The notes: a model not told the origin generated them from the sequence alone. A stretch of DNA of 64,000 nucleotides from an uncultured Lentisphaeraceae bacterium (GCA_964386385.1 CAYLRN010000004.1:50054-114053), one strand, 5' to 3'. Counted from the first letter of the stretch, positions 53,363 through 61,988 are shown. A program made the numbers and translations.

Positions 53363-54259
53363 ATGTCAAAAAGGGAATCTACCATGCAGACGAAACTCAT
53401 GACCATCTTCACCCGCACGCCGCTCCACGTGGGATGCGGATCTTCCGTCGGCGCGGTCGACCAGCCGGTCGCCCGCGAACGCCACACGCGCTTCCCGGTC
53501 ATCCCCGGCTCCGCCATCAAGGGCGTCCTCGCCGACCTGTGGAACGAGGAGAGGCTCGACCCGAAGGACGCAGGAGGAAGGAAAGTGGTGATTGTCCGTT
53601 CTGCCGAGGGTGTCATGCTCTTCGGCGAGACGGACACGAATAATCCGTCCGCCGGCAAGCTGCTCATCGGCGAGGGAAAACTTCTCGCTTTTCCCGTCCG
53701 CTCCGCAAAAGGCGCGTTCGCGTGGCTGACCTGCCCGCTCGTCCTCAACCGCTTCAGGCGCGACGCGGGCGCATCGTTTTCCGTGCCGAAGTTCAGGGAC
53801 ACGACCTCCGCCGTCGTGGCGCAGGACAGCGCACTCTGCCTGAAGGAGAACAATGTCATTTTCGAGGAGTACCCGCTCGCGGCGGAGAAGACGCTGAATG
53901 CGGCTCTCGCCGATGAGTTCAAGAATCTCTCCGACGACTCCGTGTGGCAGAACGAAGTCGCCGCGCATCTCGCCGTCGTCTCCGACGAACTCTTCCGGCA
54001 TTTCGCCGAGAACGCCTGCGAAATCGCGCAGCACAACCGCATCGACGACGAGACGGGCGTCGTCGAAAATGGAGCTCTCTTCAGCCAGGAGAACGTGCCG
54101 AGCGAAACTCTCTTCTACAGCGTCATGAATGCGCAGGACGCCGATCCTCTTGACAAACTGGCGACGGGCCTCGCCAAGGAAAGGAATCTCGTCCAGATCG
54201 GCGCGGACGTCACTACGGGTCTCGGCTGGTGCACGGTCGCGCTGAAGGAGGTGAAGTGA
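53363..54259 (+). CDS. cmr4: Cmr4 (Cas7-type RAMP backbone/RNase subunit)
   Basis: TPLHVGCGSSVGAVDQPVARE (catalytic-Asp context), IPGSAIKGVLAD, and a C-terminal GADVTTGLGWC glycine loop. Confidence 0.85.
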   Translation: MSKRESTMQTKLMTIFTRTPLHVGCGSSVGAVDQPVARERHTRFPVIPGSAIKGVLADLWNEERLDPKDAGGRKVVIVRSAEGVMLFGETDTNNPSAGKLLIGEGKLLAFPVRSAKGAFAWLTCPLVLNRFRRDAGASFSVPKFRDTTSAVVAQDSALCLKENNVIFEEYPLAAEKTLNAALADEFKNLSDDSVWQNEVAAHLAVVSDELFRHFAENACEIAQHNRIDDETGVVENGALFSQENVPSETLFYSVMNAQDADPLDKLATGLAKERNLVQIGADVTTGLGWCTVALKEVK

Positions 54260-54693
54260 TGGGAGGCGATTCAATGAATGTTTCCGGTGGAAACGAGGGG
54301 CTTCGCAATCTTGAACAGCTCCGCGCCCAGCACGCCTATGCGTGGCGCGACAAGATCGGCACGAGCAAGGAGGGCGGCCGCGCCGTAGCGAAGAAAGTGC
54401 CGGCGATGATCGTCTCCAACGGCTTTCTCGGCGCGCTTGCGTTCGCAATGGAGGACAACCCCGGACATCTCTCCGTCTTCAAGGCAATCATCGACTATCT
54501 GCACGCGGCAAAGGTCGACTGCGGAATCGCCGCCGCCGAGCCTGCCGCGTTCATGGACGCGCTCTGCGCAGCGGACGCCGACACGCTCCGCGCCGTGACG
54601 TCCGAGGCGATGGCGTACCTGAACTATCTGCGGCGCTTCGCGAAGCCGGGGAAGGAAGAGGCCAATGAAAATCACAGTGGCAGCAGCAGGTAG
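54259..54693 (+). CDS. cmr5: Cmr5 (Cas11 small subunit)
   Basis: ATGA overlap with the cmr4 stop. Helical; VAKKVPAMIVSNGFLGALAF pattern. Confidence 0.7.
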   Translation: MGGDSMNVSGGNEGLRNLEQLRAQHAYAWRDKIGTSKEGGRAVAKKVPAMIVSNGFLGALAFAMEDNPGHLSVFKAIIDYLHAAKVDCGIAAAEPAAFMDALCAADADTLRAVTSEAMAYLNYLRRFAKPGKEEANENHSGSSR

Positions 54694-56155
54694 TTCTCCA
54701 AGGCCATCCAATGGCGGACGATGCGTTCCTCGTCCGACGGCCTTGGCGGAGGTATGCAACCTTCTTGGCGGCGACAGGTTTCCGCATTGCGAATCGCGCT
54801 CGCTGCGGCTTGAGAAGTTCGTCCGAATCGGCGGCAACTCCAAGCGGGAGGAGATCGACGCGGTGGTGAAGTGTCAGTCGAGGCTGGCGCGTCCGATGCC
54901 GCTGCCGGCGGGGGCGGTCCAGTTCCCCGCGACGCTGAAGAGCCGTCTCATCGTCAACCAGGCGGGCGGAATCCTGGAAAACGCCGGCCTCTGCCTCCAC
55001 CCTCATTTCGGCTATCCGTACGTTCCCGGCAGCGCCGTGAAAGGCGTCGCCCGCCATGCGGCGTGGTGCGAATGGAATACGGAAACAGACGAGGGCAAAA
55101 AGGCCGACGTCGCCCGCCGCATCGCCGTCGTCTTCGGCTACCCGACAACGGACAACGGACTGGACAGGCATCTGGCAGAACGCGGATGCGACGAGCGCCG
55201 CTGCGGCGCGGTGTCGTTCTTCGCGGCCGAACCGGAAAACGGCAAAGCCCCGCTTGTCACGGACATCGTGAACTGCCATCACCCGAAATACTACGCAGGT
55301 GGCCAGCCTGGCGCAACTGACGACGAACAGCCGAATCCGCAGTTCTTCCCGGCGGTGGAAGCGGGCGCGACGTTCGTCTTCACAATCGCGCCTGTCAGCC
55401 GTGCCGGTCTCGGCGGCGGGGCGAGACGCCCCGCCCTACCGACGGGCGCGTGTTCTGCGGAATCGGCATGGCGCCCCGCCCTACCAGAAGGCGATTCTTC
55501 TACCCAATCGGCAGGGCGCGACGTCCCCGTCGCGCCGCACGTCGCCGCCGCGCTTGCCGACGCGAAACGCTGGCTCAAGGCAGCCCTGACCGAAAACGGC
55601 ATAGGCGCGAAGACCTCCGCCGGCTACGGATGGTTCTCCGTCGGCACTGACACCGACGACGCCGAATGGAACGGAAAGCGCGAAGCGCAGGAACGCGCCG
55701 CCGCCGATGCACGGCGGAAGAAAGCCGAGCAGTCGGAATTGCATTGCCTTGTCATGTCGCTGGCGGGCATGGACGAGAAAGCGCCCGAATTCTCCGCGCT
55801 CCTCCGTTCGCTTGAAAGGCGCTCGGACGACATGGACGAACTGGACAAGACCGAGTTCAACAGGCAGAAGAAGCGCGAACCGGAGCTTTCGCCAAAGGAG
55901 AAGGTTCGCCGCGAATGGGACGGCAAAACGGACGTCCAGTGCGCGACAGGACGCTTCATCCGCGAGTTTCAGAAACTGGACGAGGTGACCAAGGCGACGG
56001 TCGTGTCCGTACTGCGTACCCACCCGCTCTGGACATACCTCAAGACCAGGAACTTCAAGGACATCAAGAAGAAGCAGCATATGTCCGATGTCCGCAGGGC
56101 TGTGGATTCCATTTGCGCATTCGCCAAGACGACGCCGGAGGGGAAGATGCCATGA
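54665..56155 (+). CDS. cmr6: Cmr6 RAMP with an in-frame REP insertion and a ~170-aa C-terminal extension
   Basis: RLIVNQAGGILENAGLCLHPHFGYPYVPGSAVKGVARH, then the glycine loop GIGAKTSAGYGWF. 496 aa. Confidence 0.8.
   Translation: MKITVAAAGSSPRPSNGGRCVPRPTALAEVCNLLGGDRFPHCESRSLRLEKFVRIGGNSKREEIDAVVKCQSRLARPMPLPAGAVQFPATLKSRLIVNQAGGILENAGLCLHPHFGYPYVPGSAVKGVARHAAWCEWNTETDEGKKADVARRIAVVFGYPTTDNGLDRHLAERGCDERRCGAVSFFAAEPENGKAPLVTDIVNCHHPKYYAGGQPGATDDEQPNPQFFPAVEAGATFVFTIAPVSRAGLGGGARRPALPTGACSAESAWRPALPEGDSSTQSAGRDVPVAPHVAAALADAKRWLKAALTENGIGAKTSAGYGWFSVGTDTDDAEWNGKREAQERAAADARRKKAEQSELHCLVMSLAGMDEKAPEFSALLRSLERRSDDMDELDKTEFNRQKKREPELSPKEKVRREWDGKTDVQCATGRFIREFQKLDEVTKATVVSVLRTHPLWTYLKTRNFKDIKKKQHMSDVRRAVDSICAFAKTTPEGKMP
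55411..55536. repeat. REP-like hairpins inside the cmr6 coding sequence
   Basis: cggcggcggggcgagacgccccgccctacc, ggcgccccgccctacc, cggcagggcgcgacgtccccgtcgcgcc. The block is ~126 bp (42 codons) and the frame is preserved. Confidence 0.75.
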
Positions 56156-56958
56156 CGAAGACATACAATCTAGAGTTCATCACGCCAGCGTTTCTGACGG
56201 GCGCGGACCAGTCAAAAGCCGAACTGCGCGCACCGTCAGTGCGCGGCGCCCTGCGCTGGTGGTTCCGCGTTTTGGGCGGAACGAAGGACGAGGAGGCGGT
56301 GGCCTTCGGCGGCGTCCATGGCGGCGCAAGGAAGAGCAAGGTCGTCGTGCGGACGGAGATGCCGAAACCCGTGCACGAGGAGTTCAAGAAGCCCGCCACG
56401 ATGTCCGACTTCGACTACCTTTACCACTTCGCCACCGTTTCGGGCGAGCCCAAGGGGATTCGCATCGGACTTCAGGCCTACTTCGCGACGGGGACGCGCT
56501 TCGCAATCCATGTCACGGAGAGCGGGCTTGCCGCCGATCTCTCCGCGAAGTTCTGGAAAGCCGTTGACTGCTTCATCCGCCTTGGCGCTCTGGGGCTTCG
56601 CGAAACACGCGGCTGCGGCGCATTTGCCGAACCGGATGCGCTTTTGTCGAAAGCCGAATTCATAGACTGGGCGAATGCGTTTCCGCGAAAGGCGGGAAAG
56701 GTGGCGGTCGTCTCCGACGAGACGCTCACTTCCGCAAAAAAGGCGCAAGAGGAGCTTGGGCGCTATTTGCGCGCGATTCGCCGCGACAACGACCTGAGCG
56801 GGAAACGGGAATCCGCGCTGGGCTATTCCATTGGCAACAAGCGCATAGCTTCGGCGCTGAAGCTGCGCCCAACCAGGGTGAAGGAGGGCTATCTTGCGGC
56901 CATCTTCTATTCGGACACTGCCTGCTCCTGCAAAAGCGTGGCGGATCTGATTCCATGA
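56152..56958 (+). CDS. cmr1: Cmr1 RAMP
   Basis: ATGA overlap with the cmr6 stop. LEFITPAFLTGADQSKAELRAPSVRGALRWWFR signature. Confidence 0.75.
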   Translation: MTKTYNLEFITPAFLTGADQSKAELRAPSVRGALRWWFRVLGGTKDEEAVAFGGVHGGARKSKVVVRTEMPKPVHEEFKKPATMSDFDYLYHFATVSGEPKGIRIGLQAYFATGTRFAIHVTESGLAADLSAKFWKAVDCFIRLGALGLRETRGCGAFAEPDALLSKAEFIDWANAFPRKAGKVAVVSDETLTSAKKAQEELGRYLRAIRRDNDLSGKRESALGYSIGNKRIASALKLRPTRVKEGYLAAIFYSDTACSCKSVADLIP

Positions 56959-57146
56959 CAACGGCTCTTGGCGGACTTCCGCCGCGCTACGACCCGTCGC
57001 TCGCCGATTCGCGCGAACTTGCCGCCGGCCGCATGATGCTTTTGAGCGCACTGCCGTGCAACGCGCACTTCGACTGGAACACATGCCACAGAATGAACGA
57101 CCACGTCGCTGCAATGTGCCGCCGCATCCGAGGCGAAAGAGAATGA
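56955..57146 (+). CDS. small Cys/His-rich ORF (63 aa), uncertain
   Basis: ATGA overlap with the cmr1 stop. ...CNAHFDWNTCHRMNDHVAAMC... Confidence 0.25.
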   Translation: MTTALGGLPPRYDPSLADSRELAAGRMMLLSALPCNAHFDWNTCHRMNDHVAAMCRRIRGERE

Positions 57147-57164
57147 AACATGGGAGAACGTGAA

Positions 57165-58322
57165 ATGAAGAATCAAGTGCTTCTTGTATCAGATCAGCCA
57201 ATACCGAATTTCATACCGATTCTGAACGACGAACTGAAGCCCAAATCGGTGACGCTCGTCGTTTCCGACAAAATGAGGACAAAAGCCGAATGGCTCAAGC
57301 GCGAAATCAGAAAACAGCAGGTTGAAGTTCTAGACGACATCCTGATTGGCGACAGGGAATCAGACATAGCCGCCGTTCAGAATCGCCTTCTAGAATGGGC
57401 AGGCGAGCATGAGGAACTCCTGACGGAAAGCACGTTAAACATCACAGGCGGCACGAAGCCTATGGCAATCGCCGCCCAGGAACTCTTCCGCAGCGAGCAA
57501 CGCCCTGTCTTCTATCTTGACATTCAATCGGACACCGCGTCCTGGATTGCCGACGGCAAAAAACCAAGACCATCGGTTCAACTCAGAAACTCGCCGACAT
57601 TGGCGCAGTTCTTTGGCTTGATGGGAATGGCAATGGTGGGTGGCGATTTTAAATCGCAACTTGAAAACGAAAAATGGCGCTATTTCTGCGACGAGATTGC
57701 ACAGAACGTTCGTGAGTATGCCTCAGCGCTCGGCGGATTGAACTGTCTCGCAAGCGACGCCGAGCGCAATCGGGAGCTGCTGTTCAACCCACGGGAACAA
57801 GAATTCAGATTGCCCAAATGGGCAGACCTTGTTGAAATGTTGTCGGCTCACGAACTGATTCGTTCAAATCGCAACGGCAAAAAGGAATTCGTCTCGCCAG
57901 ATGCGCGAAGATTTTGCAATGGAATTTGGCTGGAACACTATGTCTTCACGCTGCTGAAGGAATTCGGGTTCAACAAGAAGCGCGCGTTGATGAATGTCAA
58001 GGTCAGGCGCGAAAGCACGGGACTTTCGTCGATTGAAAACGAATTCGACGCGGTCGTGCTTCACAAGAACACATGCTATATCGTCGAGTGCAAGACGCGA
58101 AACATGAAACCGAGCAAGAAAAACGCCCATGTAGACATAGGGGACTCCGCCGTCTACAAACTGGCAGAACTTTCAAGCGAACTGGGGCTTCGCGCAACTG
58201 GCATTCTCGTGTCGGCGCGCGAAGTGCGCAAGGAAGACAAAGACCGAGCCAAATACCGCAATGTAAAGGTTTTCAGCGACCTAACGACCCTCAAGGAGGA
58301 TTTCGCGAAGGTTTTCGGATGA
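57165..58322 (+). CDS. can2: Card1/Can2-like CARF + PD-(D/E)xK nuclease effector
   Basis: GGGAG RBS, ATG 57165. CARF motifs LLVSDQPIPN and NITGGTKPMA. Nuclease GIWLEHYV and EFDAVVLHKNTCYIVECKT. Confidence 0.8.
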   Translation: MKNQVLLVSDQPIPNFIPILNDELKPKSVTLVVSDKMRTKAEWLKREIRKQQVEVLDDILIGDRESDIAAVQNRLLEWAGEHEELLTESTLNITGGTKPMAIAAQELFRSEQRPVFYLDIQSDTASWIADGKKPRPSVQLRNSPTLAQFFGLMGMAMVGGDFKSQLENEKWRYFCDEIAQNVREYASALGGLNCLASDAERNRELLFNPREQEFRLPKWADLVEMLSAHELIRSNRNGKKEFVSPDARRFCNGIWLEHYVFTLLKEFGFNKKRALMNVKVRRESTGLSSIENEFDAVVLHKNTCYIVECKTRNMKPSKKNAHVDIGDSAVYKLAELSSELGLRATGILVSAREVRKEDKDRAKYRNVKVFSDLTTLKEDFAKVFG

Positions 58323-58564
58323 CTCATCAGCACGGACTTCCCCGAAGGAACCTCGTCGCGACGTACCCGTGCGGCACGTACGTCTTCGAGCTGAAGGTGG
58401 GCGGGACGGCGGCGGAGGCCCTGGGGCTGATTCGCGAGCGGGGGTACGCGAAGCCGTACCTCGCGCAGGGTCTCCCCGTATGGGCGGTCGGCCTCGCGTT
58501 CGACCTGGAGACGCGCAGCTCGTCGACGCCGACGTCGATAGGGTGCGGTAAGGTCGACGGCTGA
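58319..58564 (+). pseudogene. C-terminal remnant of a PD-(D/E)XK (DUF1703-partner) family gene
   Basis: ...GTYVFELKVGGTAAEALGLIRERGYAKPYLAQGLPVWAVGLAFD... matches only the family C-terminus. No N-terminal part is present. Overlaps the can2 stop. Confidence 0.5.
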
Positions 58565-58727
58565 CGAAAACCCCCCGAAAACTGCCGTCAGCCGTCAAAG
58601 GATAATCTGGAAAAGATTGGATTTCCCTGCGAATTTCGCAATTCGCCTTTTCAGCCTCGCGCTTCAAGCCGTCAGCCGTCAAAAACGCCCATTTGCCCCT
58701 TTACTTCAAGGCCGAAAATATGGTACA
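58565..58727 (+). promoter_or_regulatory. CRISPR leader
   Basis: AT-richer 163 bp directly 5' of repeat 1. Contains the exact 16-nt direct repeat gccgtcagccgtcaaa at 58584 and 58668. Confidence 0.6.
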
Positions 58728-59295
58728 TTGCAATTGTTGATGAAGCCGAAAGGCTATTGAGACGCAACAAGCGGCGCCAGGAACACCACCGCCGCAATGG
58801 TTGCAATTGTTGATGAAGCCGAAAGGCTATTGAGACAAGGTCCCGTACGACTCTTCCCCCTCCTGCCATGTGACTTGCAATTGTTGATGAAGCCGAAAGG
58901 CTATTGAGACCCCGCGTCAGGCGGGCGTCGCCTCCTCGTGGTTTCCACGGCATTGCAATTGTTGATGAAGCCGAAAGGCTATTGAGACGTCGCGGTGCGA
59001 TGCGGCGCAAGGCATTCCTGCAAGTCCGGATTGCAATTGTTGATGAAGCCGAAAGGCTATTGAGACTCCGGTCAAGTTCGCGTACCTTCCCGCAGTCGTT
59101 GAGGTATTGCAATTGTTGATGAAGCCGAAAGGCTATTGAGACGGGCGGCACTGGGGCGGCACTGGGGCGGCTCTGGGGCAATTGCAATTGTTGATGAAGC
59201 CGAAAGGCTATTGAGACTCGTCGCCTTGGTTCTTCGTCGCTTGTCCGCTGCCCCTCTGATTGCAATTGTTGATGAAGCCGAAAGGCTATTGAGAC
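58728..59295 (+). CRISPR. CRISPR array, 8 identical 36-nt repeats and 7 spacers (37-42 nt)
   Basis: Repeat TTGCAATTGTTGATGAAGCCGAAAGGCTATTGAGAC at 58728, 58801, 58875, 58953, 59031, 59107, 59182 and 59260. The 3' end ATTGAGAC is the 8-nt tag type. AGCC-GAAA-GGCT mini-hairpin. Confidence 0.95.
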
Positions 59296-59352
59296 TCCTC
59301 GGATTTTGATAGCGAATGTTGTAGTGTTGATCGATGTGAACGGAGGAAAAGA

Positions 59353-59466
59353 ATGAGGGTAGTATTTGGTACGTGTTCGGCGGCCGCGGTGTTCATGGCT
59401 TCGATCGTGGTGGCGTTCGGAGTCGCGGCATGGCGTGTCTCGAAAGGGGGGAGGCTAGCGAAGTGA
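59353..59466 (+). CDS. 37-aa single-TM peptide
   Basis: GGAGG RBS at 59342. MRVVFGTCSAAAVFMASIVVAFGVAAWRVSKGGRLAK. Confidence 0.35.
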   Translation: MRVVFGTCSAAAVFMASIVVAFGVAAWRVSKGGRLAK

Positions 59467-59672
59467 TAGGCAAGGCAATTGGATGCATATCGTGCCTCGG
59501 GGCGGCGGCAATTGTCACGTCGGTTGCGTGGGCGCTGGCGATTCGCGCCCACCTGTGGGTCACCTTGCATGTGACGGGGGAGCCGTGGAGCGCGCTTCTG
59601 CTGATGCTCGCCATGCTGTACGCGGCGTGGCTCGTCGTGAAATGGCTTTTAAAAAGAAAGGAAAAGGAATGA
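59463..59672 (+). CDS. 69-aa two-TM peptide
   Basis: GTGA start/stop overlap. VIGKAIGCISCLGAAAIVTSVAWALAI...ALLLMLAMLYAAWLVVKWLLKRKEKE. Part of track ORF 59373..59672. Confidence 0.35.
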   Translation: MIGKAIGCISCLGAAAIVTSVAWALAIRAHLWVTLHVTGEPWSALLLMLAMLYAAWLVVKWLLKRKEKE

Positions 59673-59750
59673 AGCACAAGCTGATGGGCGTCCCAATGGA
59701 CGTCTGCTGCGCCGAGCAGGTCGCGGCGTACCGCCCTTTGGCGGGAGCGA

Positions 59751-60326
59751 ATGGCGGATTGCCTCCGCATCCCGCAACGAACATGGGCGATGCGCTTCAT
59801 GGGACTCGTCCATTTCTTCGAGCCGCGCGATGGCGAAACTGGTAAACAGGCAGCCGCCCGCATCTCCGAACGCAATTTCGATTTCGCCTACGATAGGTTC
59901 TACGGAAACGACAGACTGCGCGAAGGCCTTGACGAGATTGGCATACGGCTGCGCGTTGACAACAACCGGCATGTCCAGTATGTCCGTACAATTCTCTACT
60001 ATTCCGGCTGGATGTACGTAAAGTTCGCCCGGACAATCGCCCGTGCCGTCGGCAAGTCCTCATGGGAAAAGATTGCCGAACACGACACCATCCTTCGGTT
60101 GCTGGAACACGACATCAATCGTTTTCAGCGGACAGGCGATTCGTCCGAGGAGGAATTGTCGCGGGAGGACGTCGTCTCGTTCTTCCAGTCTTTGGCGCGC
60201 CTCTACCGACGCTACAACGCGCCGTTCTCCGTGGAGGACGTGCAGGAACTGGCGCCGCTCAAAAGATCCGTCGCCCAGCGCATCATAGACGAAATGTGCG
60301 CGGCGTCCGATGGCGGTTCGCTGTAG
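59751..60326 (+). CDS. hypothetical protein (segment 1 of a same-frame triplet)
   Basis: 191-aa helical ORF with no motif I recognise. The alternative ORF 59669..59845 (ATGA-coupled, good RBS) overlaps its 5' end. Confidence 0.45.
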   Translation: MADCLRIPQRTWAMRFMGLVHFFEPRDGETGKQAAARISERNFDFAYDRFYGNDRLREGLDEIGIRLRVDNNRHVQYVRTILYYSGWMYVKFARTIARAVGKSSWEKIAEHDTILRLLEHDINRFQRTGDSSEEELSREDVVSFFQSLARLYRRYNAPFSVEDVQELAPLKRSVAQRIIDEMCAASDGGSL

Positions 60327-60353
60327 GATCTTGAAACTCGTCCACACATCGCA

Positions 60354-61988
60354 TTGGATGGCAAAGGACGCCCGGTGTTCTCTCTGCCGCAGAATGGCCA
60401 TTTCGCGGAGGGGGCGGACACGGTTGTGTTCGCGTTTCGGGAGGCGTCTGACAGTTCTGTGCCGCCGTTCGCCCATGCCATATACCATCGTACGTCAAAA
60501 GGCGACCATGTCCTGTCATGGGACAGGCATCGCGAATACGGATCTGGAGTCCCCTGCAGGGGACGGCACATCGTCCGTTCCATCACGCGGTTCGAGCCTG
60601 GGACAGACAAGCCGCAGGTCGAAGTGATTCCGCAGGTCTGCCTTGACCAGGAACGAACGCATCTGCTTCTGCGTCTGCGAGATTCGGCAAGGATGGCGTG
60701 TGGATATGAACTTGACGCAAATGGCTCTGACGCCGGCATCGTTTCCACGCGACAGAAACTCTCCGCCGGAACACGCTGCCAGATTCTCCCGTTGACCGGA
60801 GGCGACTTGAACGTCGCCGTCATGTGCGGGGGCGAAAGGTCGCCTCTTCCGATTTCCGAAAACGGCGTTCTGACTATTCCCGGCGCGGCGGACGAGCTGA
60901 TCGTCGGAGAGGATGTCTACGAAGTCCGGACAGTCGCCGACGACTACTTGAACATGGACGATCGATGCCGCCATTTCCGACATCCAGGGCGACTGTTCTT
61001 CGAGCGTTCGCGCAATCCGTTCACGGACGTTTGCCGTGCAGCAGGAGAAAACCTCTCCGCATGGTATCTGTTCGATGATGGCGGCAGTTTGCGCAGGATG
61101 CCAATGCCTCTTTCCGGCGATGCAGACCAAACCATCCCGAACGAAATCCTGTGGAAGAAGGGAAGCCTTGAAGTTCGCGTGAACGATACGCCGCTGTTCA
61201 GGCGCGCTGTCACTTTTACGGAGAAACTGGACATACGGGCATTTGAACGTCCGCTTGACCTGGAGGCGGACGCGAGGCGGATAGCCGTGGTTGGCGACGA
61301 ACGGCTTCCAGTCGACATACTGCCGCGCACCAGGCGGATCGAGATCCAGTGCCACGGATTCACCCTCTCGCTTCCAATTAGCCGGACGGGCGTATATTTC
61401 GAGTGCGCGGACACGGCAATTCCGATTCCGCGTGAACGTCCCGGCGCATCGTACGCGCGCGAACTTGCGCGGAGCGACTTCGAGCGGCTGAAGTGCAGCA
61501 TCGCAACGGAATCAGATGCGGACAATGTTTTCGTGGCGCGGGGAAATACGACGCTTGTCACCCTTGACGAACGCAGATTCACCGGTGGCAAGCTGCTTGC
61601 GGACGAGGCTCTGCAGAAAACGGACAGCGACCATTTCGCCATCTGCGTAAGGCATGAGGGAAGACGCGGGCCGGAACTTTCATTCTACAAGTTCCATCTC
61701 TACGATCCGCAGCGCACAAACGTCGCGGACGCAGGAGAGAATCCACACAGCGTGGCATGGAGACATGAAGTTGAAACGGATGACCTTGTACTGACATACT
61801 GGATTGCGTTTTCAGACCGCAACCGGCAGAAGCATCTTGCGTTCTTTCCGGCGCATCGCCAAGACGAATCCCCCATTGTCGTCGAATCCGGGCCGAAGGA
61901 GACGTATCTACATGTTGAAGACGAAGCGACTGGACGCTGCCGCGAGACGATTCGCATCCCCGGCTTCTTTAGGCGAGACATCGATTGA
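60354..61988 (+). CDS. hypothetical protein (segment 2, TTG start, no RBS)
   Basis: 544-aa ORF in the same frame as 59751..60326. Separated from it only by TAG 60324..60326 and 9 sense codons. Confidence 0.5.
   Translation: MDGKGRPVFSLPQNGHFAEGADTVVFAFREASDSSVPPFAHAIYHRTSKGDHVLSWDRHREYGSGVPCRGRHIVRSITRFEPGTDKPQVEVIPQVCLDQERTHLLLRLRDSARMACGYELDANGSDAGIVSTRQKLSAGTRCQILPLTGGDLNVAVMCGGERSPLPISENGVLTIPGAADELIVGEDVYEVRTVADDYLNMDDRCRHFRHPGRLFFERSRNPFTDVCRAAGENLSAWYLFDDGGSLRRMPMPLSGDADQTIPNEILWKKGSLEVRVNDTPLFRRAVTFTEKLDIRAFERPLDLEADARRIAVVGDERLPVDILPRTRRIEIQCHGFTLSLPISRTGVYFECADTAIPIPRERPGASYARELARSDFERLKCSIATESDADNVFVARGNTTLVTLDERRFTGGKLLADEALQKTDSDHFAICVRHEGRRGPELSFYKFHLYDPQRTNVADAGENPHSVAWRHEVETDDLVLTYWIAFSDRNRQKHLAFFPAHRQDESPIVVESGPKETYLHVEDEATGRCRETIRIPGFFRRDID

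Noticed and set aside
58672-59265. 197-aa minus-strand ORF across the CRISPR array
   Set aside because: It is a translation of repeats and spacers (SLSASSTIA recurring), not a gene.
48650-59300. Search for a cas6, cas1 or cas2 gene in or beside the Cmr locus
   Set aside because: No remaining ORF of suitable size has RAMP/Cas6 G-loop, Cas1 or Cas2 features. The gaps are filled by REP elements, the small Cys/His ORF and a PD-(D/E)XK remnant.
34263-60326. Possibility that TAG is recoded (e.g. to Gln), since TAG replaces the conserved Gln in PPLAEQ and interrupts two other frames
   Set aside because: TAG clearly terminates conserved genes here: nth at 23204..23206, hsdS at 32012..32014 and the SH3-like gene at 180..182. 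CAG-to-TAG point mutation in decaying genes is the simpler explanation.
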